Shown here piece by piece: positions 8,402 through 15,935 of a stretch of DNA of 64,000 bases. A program made the translations under genes and the position numbers. Every line of letters begins with the position of its first letter. The stretch's first letter is position 1. Below the pieces are notes generated by a model. The model was not told where the DNA came from. It saw nothing but the letters and a program-made list of their open reading frames with translations, and ran no database searches. Origin of the DNA: an uncultured Alphaproteobacteria bacterium (lineage in GTDB: Bacteria; Pseudomonadota; Alphaproteobacteria; Rhizobiales; Xanthobacteraceae); assembly GCA_963736435.1 (NCBI GenBank), contig CAVTOV010000004.1, positions 133,200-197,199 of the forward strand, read 5' to 3'.

Positions 8402-10036
8402 GTGACATCGGCATTTGAACCTCTGCCATCCGATCTTGCCGCCGCTCATGCGATGATCCTCGCCGAGCGCACCGCGCGTGTCGAAGCCGAAGCGGTTGCG
8501 GCTCGCGCTCAGGCGGTGAATGCCAGTACGGAAGCCCTGATCGCCCATCTCAAGCTCGAGATCGAGAAGCTTCGCCGGGCGCTTTACGGCAGCCATTCGG
8601 AGCGCAAGGCGCGGCTTCTGGAGCAGATGGAACTTCGGCTGGAAGACCTGGAGGCGGCAGCGACTGAGGACGAACTGGCGGCCGAGAGGTCGGCGGCCAA
8701 GACGCAAACGATACAGTCGTTCCAGCGCCAGCGGCCTTCGCGCAAACCGTTCCCCGGCCATTTGCCACGCGAGCGGGTCGTTATCGCGGCGCCGCAAAGC
8801 TGTCCCTGCTGCGGGTCGGCGACGCTGTCGAAGCTGGGGGAGGACATCACCGAGACGCTGGAGGTGATCCCGCGGCAGTGGAAAGTGATCCAGACGGTAC
8901 GCGAGAAGTTCTCGTGCCGGCAATGCGAGACGATCACGCAGCCGCCGGCCCCGTTCCATGTGACGCCACGAGGCTTCGCCGGGCCCAACCTGCTGGCCAT
9001 GATCCTGTTCGAGAAGTTCGGCCAGCATCAGCCCTTGAACCGGCAAAGCGACCGATATCGTCGCGAAGGCATCGATCTGAGCGTGTCGACGTTGGCCGAT
9101 CAGGTCGGCGCCTGCACGACGATCCTGCAGCCACTGCATACGCTGATCGAGCGCCACGTCTTGGCTGCCGAGCGACTGCATGGCGACGACACGACCGTGC
9201 CGATCCTGGCCAAGGGCAAGACGGTCACGGGGCACATCTGGGCGTATGTCCGTGACGACCGGCCGTTTGGCGGTCGCGCACCGCCGGCGGCGCTGTATTA
9301 CGCCTCACGCGATCGCAGGCATGAGCATCCCGAACGGCATCTTCAAGACTTCGCCGGCATCCTGCAGGCTGACGCCTACGGCGGCTACAACGAGCTTTAC
9401 AATTCCTCGCGCGGTCAGGGAGCGATCACATCGGCACTGTGCTGGGCCCATGCCAGGCGGCAGTTCTTCGAGCTGGCCGATATCGCCGCCAATGCACGGC
9501 GCGGAAAGAAGGCGCCGGCGATCTCACCGATCGCGTTGGAGACGGTCAAGCGCATTGATGCCCTGTTCGATATCGAGCGGGCCAGGAACGGTCGGAGCGC
9601 CGAAGAACGCCTGAGCATCCGGCAGGAGCAAAGCGCGCCGCTTTTGGCCTCGCTGGAAGCGTGGTTGCGCGAGGAGCGATGCCATCTGTCGCGCTCGGCC
9701 TCCGTCGCCAAGCCGATCGACTATATGCTCAAGCGCTGGGGCCGGTTTGCTCGCTTCATCGATGATGGCAGGATCTGCCTGACCAACAATGCAGCCGAAC
9801 GCGCCCTTCGCGGATTTGCACTGGGAAGAAAGTCGTGGCTATTCGCCGGCTCCGAACGCGGCGCTGTCCGGGCGGCAGCCATGGCGACGTTGATCATGAC
9901 GGCGAAGCTCAACGACATTGATCCGCAAGCTTGGCTCGCCGACGTACTTGCCCGCATCGCCGACATCCCGCAGGGCCGGCTTCCTGAACTCCTGCCATGG
10001 GAGTGGCAACAGTCGAATCTGCAGGTGGCCGCTTGA
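8402..10036 (+). CDS. tnpC: IS66 family transposase TnpC
   Basis: 544 aa from a GTG start. It has an N-terminal leucine-zipper-like region, a zinc-ribbon CPCCG..CRQC, a DDE core (..HGDDTTVPIL..LQADAYGGYN..) and a C-terminal ..CLTNNAAERALRGFALGRKSWLFAGS.. motif. Confidence 0.9.
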   Translation: MTSAFEPLPSDLAAAHAMILAERTARVEAEAVAARAQAVNASTEALIAHLKLEIEKLRRALYGSHSERKARLLEQMELRLEDLEAAATEDELAAERSAAKTQTIQSFQRQRPSRKPFPGHLPRERVVIAAPQSCPCCGSATLSKLGEDITETLEVIPRQWKVIQTVREKFSCRQCETITQPPAPFHVTPRGFAGPNLLAMILFEKFGQHQPLNRQSDRYRREGIDLSVSTLADQVGACTTILQPLHTLIERHVLAAERLHGDDTTVPILAKGKTVTGHIWAYVRDDRPFGGRAPPAALYYASRDRRHEHPERHLQDFAGILQADAYGGYNELYNSSRGQGAITSALCWAHARRQFFELADIAANARRGKKAPAISPIALETVKRIDALFDIERARNGRSAEERLSIRQEQSAPLLASLEAWLREERCHLSRSASVAKPIDYMLKRWGRFARFIDDGRICLTNNAAERALRGFALGRKSWLFAGSERGAVRAAAMATLIMTAKLNDIDPQAWLADVLARIADIPQGRLPELLPWEWQQSNLQVAA

Positions 10037-10039
10037 GTC

Positions 10040-10255
10040 ATGGTGGCTGTCTCCCACGTCTTCACAATCCGGCGCGCTGCTCAGATTCTCGGCCGGGATG
10101 AAAGCTTGCTCTGGGATCTGTCCGATCAACTCAATCCTGAAGATGGAATGTTGTGGATTTACGATCTCGACGGGATCGAAATCCTAGCCTTCACGGCCGA
10201 CGCCATCGACACATTCCGCGAAATAATCAAAGATCAGATAGATCGCCCCGGTTGA
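10040..10255 (+). CDS. 71-aa hypothetical protein inside the IS66 element (candidate passenger or fourth IS ORF)
   Basis: It starts 4 nt after the tnpC stop and lies inside the inverted repeats. Sequence: MVAVSHVFTIRRAAQILGRDESLLWDLSDQLNPEDGMLWIYDLDGIEILAFTADAIDTFREIIKDQIDRPG. I recognised no family. Confidence 0.4.
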   Translation: MVAVSHVFTIRRAAQILGRDESLLWDLSDQLNPEDGMLWIYDLDGIEILAFTADAIDTFREIIKDQIDRPG

Positions 10256-10504
10256 CAGGTAACCGCGGTCCTCGGCGGATGCTTACCAAGTGCCGAGCAG
10301 AGGATGCACCGAGACCGCGACGATCCCGGAACAGCGGTGCACCACGGCGTGCTGCACCGCATCCGGGAAACGCCACGCAGGTGAGACCTTCCATTGTCGT
10401 CGGCGTCATGGTCGGACGCTCTACTCCCCTCACTAAAGGGAAGCCGTTGGTAGCTTGGTGAGCAAAACTCCGATGCGGAGGCATCGCGAGAACGGGTCAG
10501 CCTG

Positions 10505-11848
10505 CTACGCCGCGCGGACGCAGTTGAAGAAGGTGGCCACCTTGGTTTCGAGGTCGCTGGCCCGCGACGACAGTTGCGCGGTCCATTGCGCGATTTCATC
10601 GGCCGCGGCGGCGCCCTTGGCGACGGCTTGCTGGACCGAATCGATTTCGCCGGAGGCCCGCGCGGTGTGGCCGGCCGCGGTGTGAATGCTCTCCGCGATA
10701 TTGCGCGTGGTCATGCTCTGCTGTTCGACCGCCGCCGCGATGCTGGTCGACACGCCGGTCAGTTCGCCGATGACTTGCGCGATCGACGAAATCTCGGCGA
10801 CCGAGCGTTTGGTCGCGTCCTGGATGGCGGCTACTTGCCGCGCGATGTCGTCGGTGGCGTGCGAGGTCTGGTTGGCAAGCGTCTTCACCTCGGCGGCGAC
10901 CACGGCGAAGCCTTTGCCGGCCTCGCCGGCGCGTGCCGCTTCGATGGTGGCATTGAGCGACAGGAGATTGGTCTGCGCCGCGATCGCCGAAATGGCGCCA
11001 ACCACCGAGCCGATGCGTTCGGCGGTATCGGCGAGCGAGCGGATGGCCTGCCGGGTGCGCTCGGTGTCGCCGACCGCGGACTGCGCCATGCCGAGACCAT
11101 GGCTCGCTTGCTGACCGATCTCCTGGATCGATTCGGAGAGTTCCTCGGTGGCCCGCACCATGATGTCCATGCGCTGGCTGGTTTCTTCCGACGCCGTGGA
11201 AGCCGAGGCCATCCGCTCGCGGGTGTGGCCGGCGGCCGTGCTCAATGCCGAGCATGTCGCCGTCAAGGAAACCGAGGCTTCCTTGATTGCCTCGACCACC
11301 GCGCCGATGGCGCCCGCGAATTCGGTGATGGCGTCGTCGATGGTGCCGCGCCGCGCCAGCGTGGCCCGCTCGGCGGCCTGGCGATGCAAGGTCATCGCGT
11401 TCGCCACGTCGAAGGCGATGACCTGGGACAGGGCGCTACCACGGTCGGCGATCTTGGCCGGAGAGAACCGGTATTTTCGCCCCAGTGCACGGAGCGCGGC
11501 CTTGAGCACGTAACTGCCGGCCGTGCTCCTGATGCGGGCGTCGAAGCCGAGAGCGGCTTCCTGCTCGACGGTGCGCTGGCACAATTCGGCATAGCGTCCG
11601 TCGAGATCGCCACCAAGGAGCGCCTTGAAATGCGCCAGTTCCAGCGTTTTGAGCAAATCGCGGTTCTGTACGACGATCTCGCCCACCAGCGGCAATCTTC
11701 GGACGGCGTTGAGGATTTCATCGATGGCCCGTTCCAGATCGGGCTCGAGCAGCGGCCACGCTTCCTTGACGACAAGGCGGGCGCGCGCGTCGAGGCCGTA
11801 AAGCGCAAGACGAGCTTCAAACGATTGGACACGCTGGGTGGACGTCAT
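10505..11848 (-). CDS. soluble methyl-accepting chemotaxis protein with an N-terminal globin-coupled-sensor (protoglobin)-like domain
   Basis: The C-terminal MCP signalling domain contains [37 protein letters not shown]. The N-terminal ~170 aa resemble HemAT/IcpA-type sensor globins. There are no TM helices. The preferred start is the Met at 11848 (MTSTQRV..), preceded by GGAAGA; the ORF track extends to 11959. Confidence 0.85.
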   Translation of the reverse strand: MTSTQRVQSFEARLALYGLDARARLVVKEAWPLLEPDLERAIDEILNAVRRLPLVGEIVVQNRDLLKTLELAHFKALLGGDLDGRYAELCQRTVEQEAALGFDARIRSTAGSYVLKAALRALGRKYRFSPAKIADRGSALSQVIAFDVANAMTLHRQAAERATLARRGTIDDAITEFAGAIGAVVEAIKEASVSLTATCSALSTAAGHTRERMASASTASEETSQRMDIMVRATEELSESIQEIGQQASHGLGMAQSAVGDTERTRQAIRSLADTAERIGSVVGAISAIAAQTNLLSLNATIEAARAGEAGKGFAVVAAEVKTLANQTSHATDDIARQVAAIQDATKRSVAEISSIAQVIGELTGVSTSIAAAVEQQSMTTRNIAESIHTAAGHTARASGEIDSVQQAVAKGAAAADEIAQWTAQLSSRASDLETKVATFFNCVRAA

Positions 11849-11974
11849 TCTTCCGCAACCGTGGACCCGGCGAGGGTTGCGCATAGTGCGAGACAAACCT
11901 TGCTCTTGAATGAACGATAAAGTTACCACGTCGTCTGCTGCCGCGCACAACAGGGGCAATGGCTGTCTGCGCCA

Positions 11975-12008
11975 ATAAAAAACGGGAGGCCGAAGCCCCC
12001 CGCTTGTT
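11975..12008 (-). terminator. rho-independent terminator downstream of rlpA
   Basis: The minus strand reads GCGGGGGGCTTCGGCCTCCCG followed by TTTTTT. It lies about 25 nt after the rlpA stop. Confidence 0.65.
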
Positions 12009-12032
12009 TAGTCCCCGTCTTGCAGGACGACT

Positions 12033-12395
12033 TTATGAGCGGCCGACGACGTCGACCGTCACGTTGGCCAGCCCGTCCATGCCCAGCGCGCGAGCTCCCG
12101 CCGGCGTGAGGTCGATGATGCGGCCGCGGATGTAGGGCCCGCGATCGTTGATGCGCACCACGACGGATCGACCGTTATGGGTATTGGTGACCCGCACCAT
12201 GGTGCCGAGCGGCAGGGTCTTGTGGGCTGCGGTCAGCCCGTTGGGCGAGGCCCGTTCGCCATTCGCTGTGCGTTCGCCCGAGTAAGCATAGACGGATGCA
12301 ATACCTGTCTGCGCCGAAGCGGCGTATGTAAATCCCAGAGTCGTACCAATAAAAGCGAGAGTAAAAACAAGTCTTCCCCGGCTGTGCCAAGCCAT
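12033..12395 (-). CDS. rlpA: septal ring lytic transglycosylase RlpA family (double-psi beta-barrel) protein
   Basis: 120 aa with a signal peptide and GIASVYAYSGERTANGE..LTAAHKTLPLGTMVRVTN..GRSVVVRINDRGPYIRGRIIDLTPAGARALG. Confidence 0.8.
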   Translation of the reverse strand: MAWHSRGRLVFTLAFIGTTLGFTYAASAQTGIASVYAYSGERTANGERASPNGLTAAHKTLPLGTMVRVTNTHNGRSVVVRINDRGPYIRGRIIDLTPAGARALGMDGLANVTVDVVGRS

Positions 12396-12726
12396 AGTTT
12401 ACCTATTACGTTGTTGATGGGATGGGTGATAGGCTCTTTGCCGTGAGCCATGGCCGCTTTGACAGGCTAAATGTGTTCATACTGCGATACAGCAGAGCAA
12501 ATAAAACCTTTGGCCTAAACGTGAAATCTATAAGGCGCTGTCAGAAATTCGGAACAAATCTATAAAGGACTGGCGCAAGGGCACTTTTCGGCGGCAGAAC
12601 GCCGCCGGAGCCGGAAAATAAGGCAAGAGCTATGCTTAAAACGCAGCTTAGGGAGACTTACCTATGCGCAACGCCCCAAGCAAAACTGCCGGCAAAAGCG
12701 ATCGGCAGGGCTCCCGGAACCGCAAA

Positions 12727-14358
12727 TCAGGCCGCCGCGGTCGGCAAGACGTAGTTCTCGAACTGCTTTCGGAGCGCGGTCTTCTGGATTTTGCCGGTGG
12801 CGGTGTGCGGGATTTCGCTGACGAACACGACATCGTCCGGCAACCACCACGACGCGATCTTGTCGGTCATGAAGGCCAGCAATTCGTCCTTGCCGAGGTC
12901 TTGGCCCGATTTAGGCACCACGACCAGAAGCGGCCGCTCGTCCCACTTCGGATGGCGAACGCCGATCACTGCCGCTTCAGCGACTTTGGGATGACCGACC
13001 GCAAGATTTTCCAGCTCGATCGAGGAAATCCATTCGCCGCCCGACTTGATCACGTCTTTGGAACGGTCGGTGATGTTGAGGTAGCCGTAGCGATCGATGG
13101 TGCCGACATCGCCGGTGTCAAAAAAACCTTCGTTGTCGAGGATATCGCTGTCGTCCTTGAAATAGGCCCTGGCGACCGAAGGGCCGCGCACCTTCAAGCG
13201 GCCGAACGCTTTGCCGTCCCAAGGCATGTCGTTGCCTTCGTCGTCGGTAATCTTCATCTCGACGCAGAACGGCGCGTGGCCCTGCTTCTGCTGAACGTCG
13301 AGCAAGGCCTCGCCCTCGAGCCCGGCATATTCGGGCTTGACCGAGCCAAGCGTGCCGAGCGGGCTCATCTCGGTCATGCCCCAGGCGTGGCAAACGTTGA
13401 CGCCATAGACGTCCTGGAATTTCTGCACCATGGCGCGCGGACAGGCCGAGCCGCCGATCACCACTTTCTTCAGGTGCGGCAGTTTCAAATGATTGGCTTC
13501 GAGATGCTGCAGCAGCATCAGCCACACCGTCGGTACCGCGGCGCTGAAGCTGACGCGGTAACTGTCGAGCAATTCGTAGATCGAGGCGCCGTCGAGCTTG
13601 GCGCCCGGCATAACCATGGTCGCGCCGATCATCGGCGAAGTCAAAGCGAGACCCCAGCAATTGGCGTGAAACATCGGCACCACCGGCATGACCACATCGC
13701 AGGCGCCGACGCCCATGGCATCGAGCTGCGCTGCCATCAGCGAATGCAGCACATTCGAACGATGCGAATAGAGCACGCCCTTGGGGTCGCCGGTGGTGCC
13801 GGACGTGTAGCACATGCCGGCAGCGGTATTCTCGTTGAACGCCTTCCAGGCGAAGTCGCCGTCGACTTCGGCAATCCATTCCTCATAGGGCACGGCGTTC
13901 TTCAGTGCCGTCGCCGGCATATGGGCCGCATCGGTCAAGACCACATATTGCTCGATCGGTTTGAGCCGATCGGCGAGTTTTTCCAGGATCGGCAGGAAGG
14001 TGAGATCGACCAGCATCAGGCGGTCTTCGGCGTGATTGACGATCCAGGCGATCTGGTCGGGAAAGAGCCGCGGATTGACGGTGTGATAAATGCCGCCAAT
14101 CCCCATGATGCCGTACCAGGTTTCGAGGTGCCGCCAGGTATTCCAGGCGAGCGTGGCCACGCGGTCGCCAACCTTGATGCCGGTCTTATCGAGCCGTTGA
14201 GCGACACGGAGCGCGCGTTTGCGCAAACTCGCGTAATTCGTGGTGTGGATAGGGCCTTCGATCGACCGGGTGATGATCTGCCGCTCGGCGTGATAGGTCG
14301 CGGCATGATCGATGACACGATGGCACAGCAACGGCCAATCCTGCATCAGGCCAAGCAT
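12727..14358 (-). CDS. long/medium-chain fatty acid--CoA ligase (AMP-dependent synthetase)
   Basis: 543 aa with the AMP-binding motif MCYTSGTTGDPKGVLYSH, then ..WGMTE.., ..GFFDTGDVG.. and ..IKSGGEWISS.. Confidence 0.9.
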   Translation of the reverse strand: MLGLMQDWPLLCHRVIDHAATYHAERQIITRSIEGPIHTTNYASLRKRALRVAQRLDKTGIKVGDRVATLAWNTWRHLETWYGIMGIGGIYHTVNPRLFPDQIAWIVNHAEDRLMLVDLTFLPILEKLADRLKPIEQYVVLTDAAHMPATALKNAVPYEEWIAEVDGDFAWKAFNENTAAGMCYTSGTTGDPKGVLYSHRSNVLHSLMAAQLDAMGVGACDVVMPVVPMFHANCWGLALTSPMIGATMVMPGAKLDGASIYELLDSYRVSFSAAVPTVWLMLLQHLEANHLKLPHLKKVVIGGSACPRAMVQKFQDVYGVNVCHAWGMTEMSPLGTLGSVKPEYAGLEGEALLDVQQKQGHAPFCVEMKITDDEGNDMPWDGKAFGRLKVRGPSVARAYFKDDSDILDNEGFFDTGDVGTIDRYGYLNITDRSKDVIKSGGEWISSIELENLAVGHPKVAEAAVIGVRHPKWDERPLLVVVPKSGQDLGKDELLAFMTDKIASWWLPDDVVFVSEIPHTATGKIQKTALRKQFENYVLPTAAA

Positions 14359-14600
14359 TGTCTTCCTCCCGCGATGGCATCGTTTTGGACCGCGGCCGGC
14401 CGATACCGGCGCAATCGACTAGCGTTGCAGCCGAGGTTAGCCCCACGCCGTGCCAAGGCAAACTGTCACATTCGCGTCCCAAGTTTTGGCGGGCTAGGTC
14501 TCGACCAGCTTGTAGCGGTCGGGCCGAATGGCCTAGCTTCGTTGCGGACCCGATCCCACAGCCGGCCGAATAGCGCCGCAATTCGGCCGGAGATATTGGC

Positions 14601-15569
14601 GTGAAGACTGCCGTGGTCATCGCCCTGTTGCTGAGCGCGACTGGTTTGGCCGCCGCACAAAACGGCCCCGCATCGGCGCTGAAAGTGGCCAAATCCACGC
14701 ATGGCAGCGCGCGCGCGGAACGGCCGCAACCCCCTATCATTCTGCAGCAATTCGCGCCGGCGCAGGAATCTTATGCGTCAATGCCCGAAGCGGCCGCCGC
14801 CGCAGCCGCGGTAACGCCATCAGCCTGTCAGGTGCGGCTGGCCAAGATCGCGATATTCCAGCCGATTCCGGTGCTGGTCGGCCCCGGCGATTGCGGCGCC
14901 ACCGATGCCGTCCTGATCGATACTGTGATCTTGCCGGACAAAACCAAGGTCGCGGTGACGCCGGCCGCGACGATGCGCTGTCCCATGGCGGAGGCTGTCG
15001 CGCAGTGGGTGCGCGAGGACGTGGTGCCGATCTTGAAGGATCTGCCGCCGCTGCGCGCGCTGGACAACTTCGATTCCTATAGCTGCCGCGGCCGTAATAA
15101 TGTGCGCGCCGCGCAATTGAGCGAGCACGGCAAGGCCGACGCGCTCGATGTGCGCGATTTCAAGCTTGCCGACGGCCACGAACTCAATCTGACCGACATC
15201 CATGCCGGCAAGGATTGGCGCGACGCCATCAAAGCCAGTGTTTGCGCGCGTTTCTCGACCGTGCTGGGGCCCGGCTCCGACGGCTATCACGAAGAACATA
15301 TTCATCTCGATCTCGAAGAGCGCCGCAACAATTACAAGATTTGCGAATGGGACGTACGCGTGCCGCCACCGCCTGCCGAGGCCAAGAGAAACGAAAAGAC
15401 GACGGCTGCTGCTGCTGACAACGGCGTGGCGCCGACCGATGACATTGCTGCTGAAGCTGACGATGCGACGGCTATTCCATCAGACGCGGTACCGCTGCCG
15501 CGACCACGCCCGCGGAACGCGAACACGGCGCAAGTCGGGCCCGGGAAAAGCCGGAAAGCAACTGAATAA
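14601..15569 (+). CDS. extensin-like C-terminal domain protein, exported
   Basis: 322 aa from a GTG start, with signal peptide MKTAVVIALLLSATGLAAAQ and a conserved block CG..DAV.....LPD...V.P.ATMRCPMAEAVAQW..NFDSYSCRGRNN..LSEHGKADALD..H.DL. The C-terminal tail is Ala/Pro-rich. Confidence 0.75.
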   Translation: MKTAVVIALLLSATGLAAAQNGPASALKVAKSTHGSARAERPQPPIILQQFAPAQESYASMPEAAAAAAAVTPSACQVRLAKIAIFQPIPVLVGPGDCGATDAVLIDTVILPDKTKVAVTPAATMRCPMAEAVAQWVREDVVPILKDLPPLRALDNFDSYSCRGRNNVRAAQLSEHGKADALDVRDFKLADGHELNLTDIHAGKDWRDAIKASVCARFSTVLGPGSDGYHEEHIHLDLEERRNNYKICEWDVRVPPPPAEAKRNEKTTAAAADNGVAPTDDIAAEADDATAIPSDAVPLPRPRPRNANTAQVGPGKSRKATE

Positions 15570-15574
15570 ATAAT

Positions 15575-15600
15575 AGAACCCGCCGTTTGGGCGGGCTCTA
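15575..15600. terminator. hairpin between convergent genes (probable bidirectional terminator)
   Basis: CCCGCC-GTTTG-GGCGGG (15579-15595), embedded in AT-rich flanks. It lies between the extensin-like stop (15569) and the His-rich peptide stop (15617). Confidence 0.5.
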
Positions 15601-15616
15601 TGACAGGATCGCTCGA

Positions 15617-15766
15617 CTAGTGATGAACGACAATGGCGTCGTGATGATGATGCCAATGATGGTGATGATGACCGACGACGAGCACCGCCGCGTTCGCGGG
15701 CGCAGCATAAGGCAGCGCCAATGCGATACCGGCCAAAGCAGCAAGAGCAAGAACAAACTTTCGCAT
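15617..15766 (-). CDS. 49-aa exported histidine-rich peptide
   Basis: Not in the ORF track because it is under 60 aa. Reverse-strand ATG at 15764-15766, with AGGAGA 7 nt upstream. Translation: MRKFVLALAALAGIALALPYAAPANAAVLVVGHHHHHWHHHHDAIVVHH, then a stop. It has a Sec-type signal peptide and is followed by a hairpin. Confidence 0.55.
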   Translation of the reverse strand: MRKFVLALAALAGIALALPYAAPANAAVLVVGHHHHHWHHHHDAIVVHH

Positions 15767-15778
15767 TCGATTTCTCCT

Positions 15779-15804
15779 GAATTATTCTCTGCGAAGAATA
15801 ATTC
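15779..15804. promoter_or_regulatory. perfect 10-bp inverted repeat GAATTATTCT-N6-AGAATAATTC (candidate operator or 5'-UTR stem)
   Basis: Read directly. It abuts the Shine-Dalgarno sequence of the His-rich peptide gene and is strikingly AT-rich for this genome. Confidence 0.4.
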
Positions 15805-15935
15805 GCGCGGACAAGAAGCGTTCCGAATAGAGTTCTGAACAGCCGTTCAGCTTTGAACGCCAAATCGAGTTTTACGTCGAGTTCTTACGGCAACTACGCG
15901 ACGCGATAACAGGCAAGCATAGCAAAGGACGATAA

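Larger units (their letters stand above)
7418..10374 (+). mobile_element. IS66-family insertion sequence (tnpA-tnpB-tnpC plus one extra small ORF)
   Basis: It has the canonical three-ORF IS66 organisation. An imperfect ~25-bp terminal inverted repeat flanks it: left 7418-7442 GGCGTTTCCCGGGCAGCGCAGCACC, and right 10349-10374 whose reverse complement is GGCGTTTCCCGGATGCGGTGCAGCAC. A 12-nt block and a 7-nt block match perfectly. No 8-bp target duplication was seen, so the exact ends are uncertain. Confidence 0.7.

Noticed and set aside
7507-10295. An 8-bp direct repeat AAGTGCCG (7507-7514 and 10288-10295, in the context CTTCACAAGTGCCG / CTTACCAAGTGCCG), considered as a possible IS66 target-site duplication.
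   Set aside because: The sequences just inside these positions are not inverted repeats of each other. An 8-mer match between two ~250-nt flanks is expected by chance. The 25-bp inverted repeat further out is statistically far stronger.
12664-14604. A 646-aa plus-strand ORF and similar long ORFs: 668..1705 +, 10574..11920 +, 8291..9235 -, 30178..31311 +, 36454..37455 -, 41792..42748 -, 45795..47162 +, 51226..52584 +, 61995..63047 -, and the 5' part of 49841..51001 +.
   Set aside because: Each lies antisense to, or out of frame with, a gene that has clear family motifs. Their translations are Arg/Gly/Ala/Asp-rich low-complexity sequence, typical of shadow ORFs in GC-rich DNA.
15617-15766. The idea that the His-run peptide is a hisL-type attenuation leader.
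   Set aside because: No his biosynthesis genes lie downstream. The ORF is followed by a terminator and then a convergent gene. The peptide also has a full signal sequence, which leader peptides lack.
15587-15838. A plus-strand 83-aa ORF (MGGLYDRIARLVMNDNGVVMMMPMMVMM..).
   Set aside because: It is the antisense reading of the His-run (Met/Val run). It has no RBS and spans the terminator hairpin. The minus-strand peptide has an RBS, a signal peptide and a terminator.
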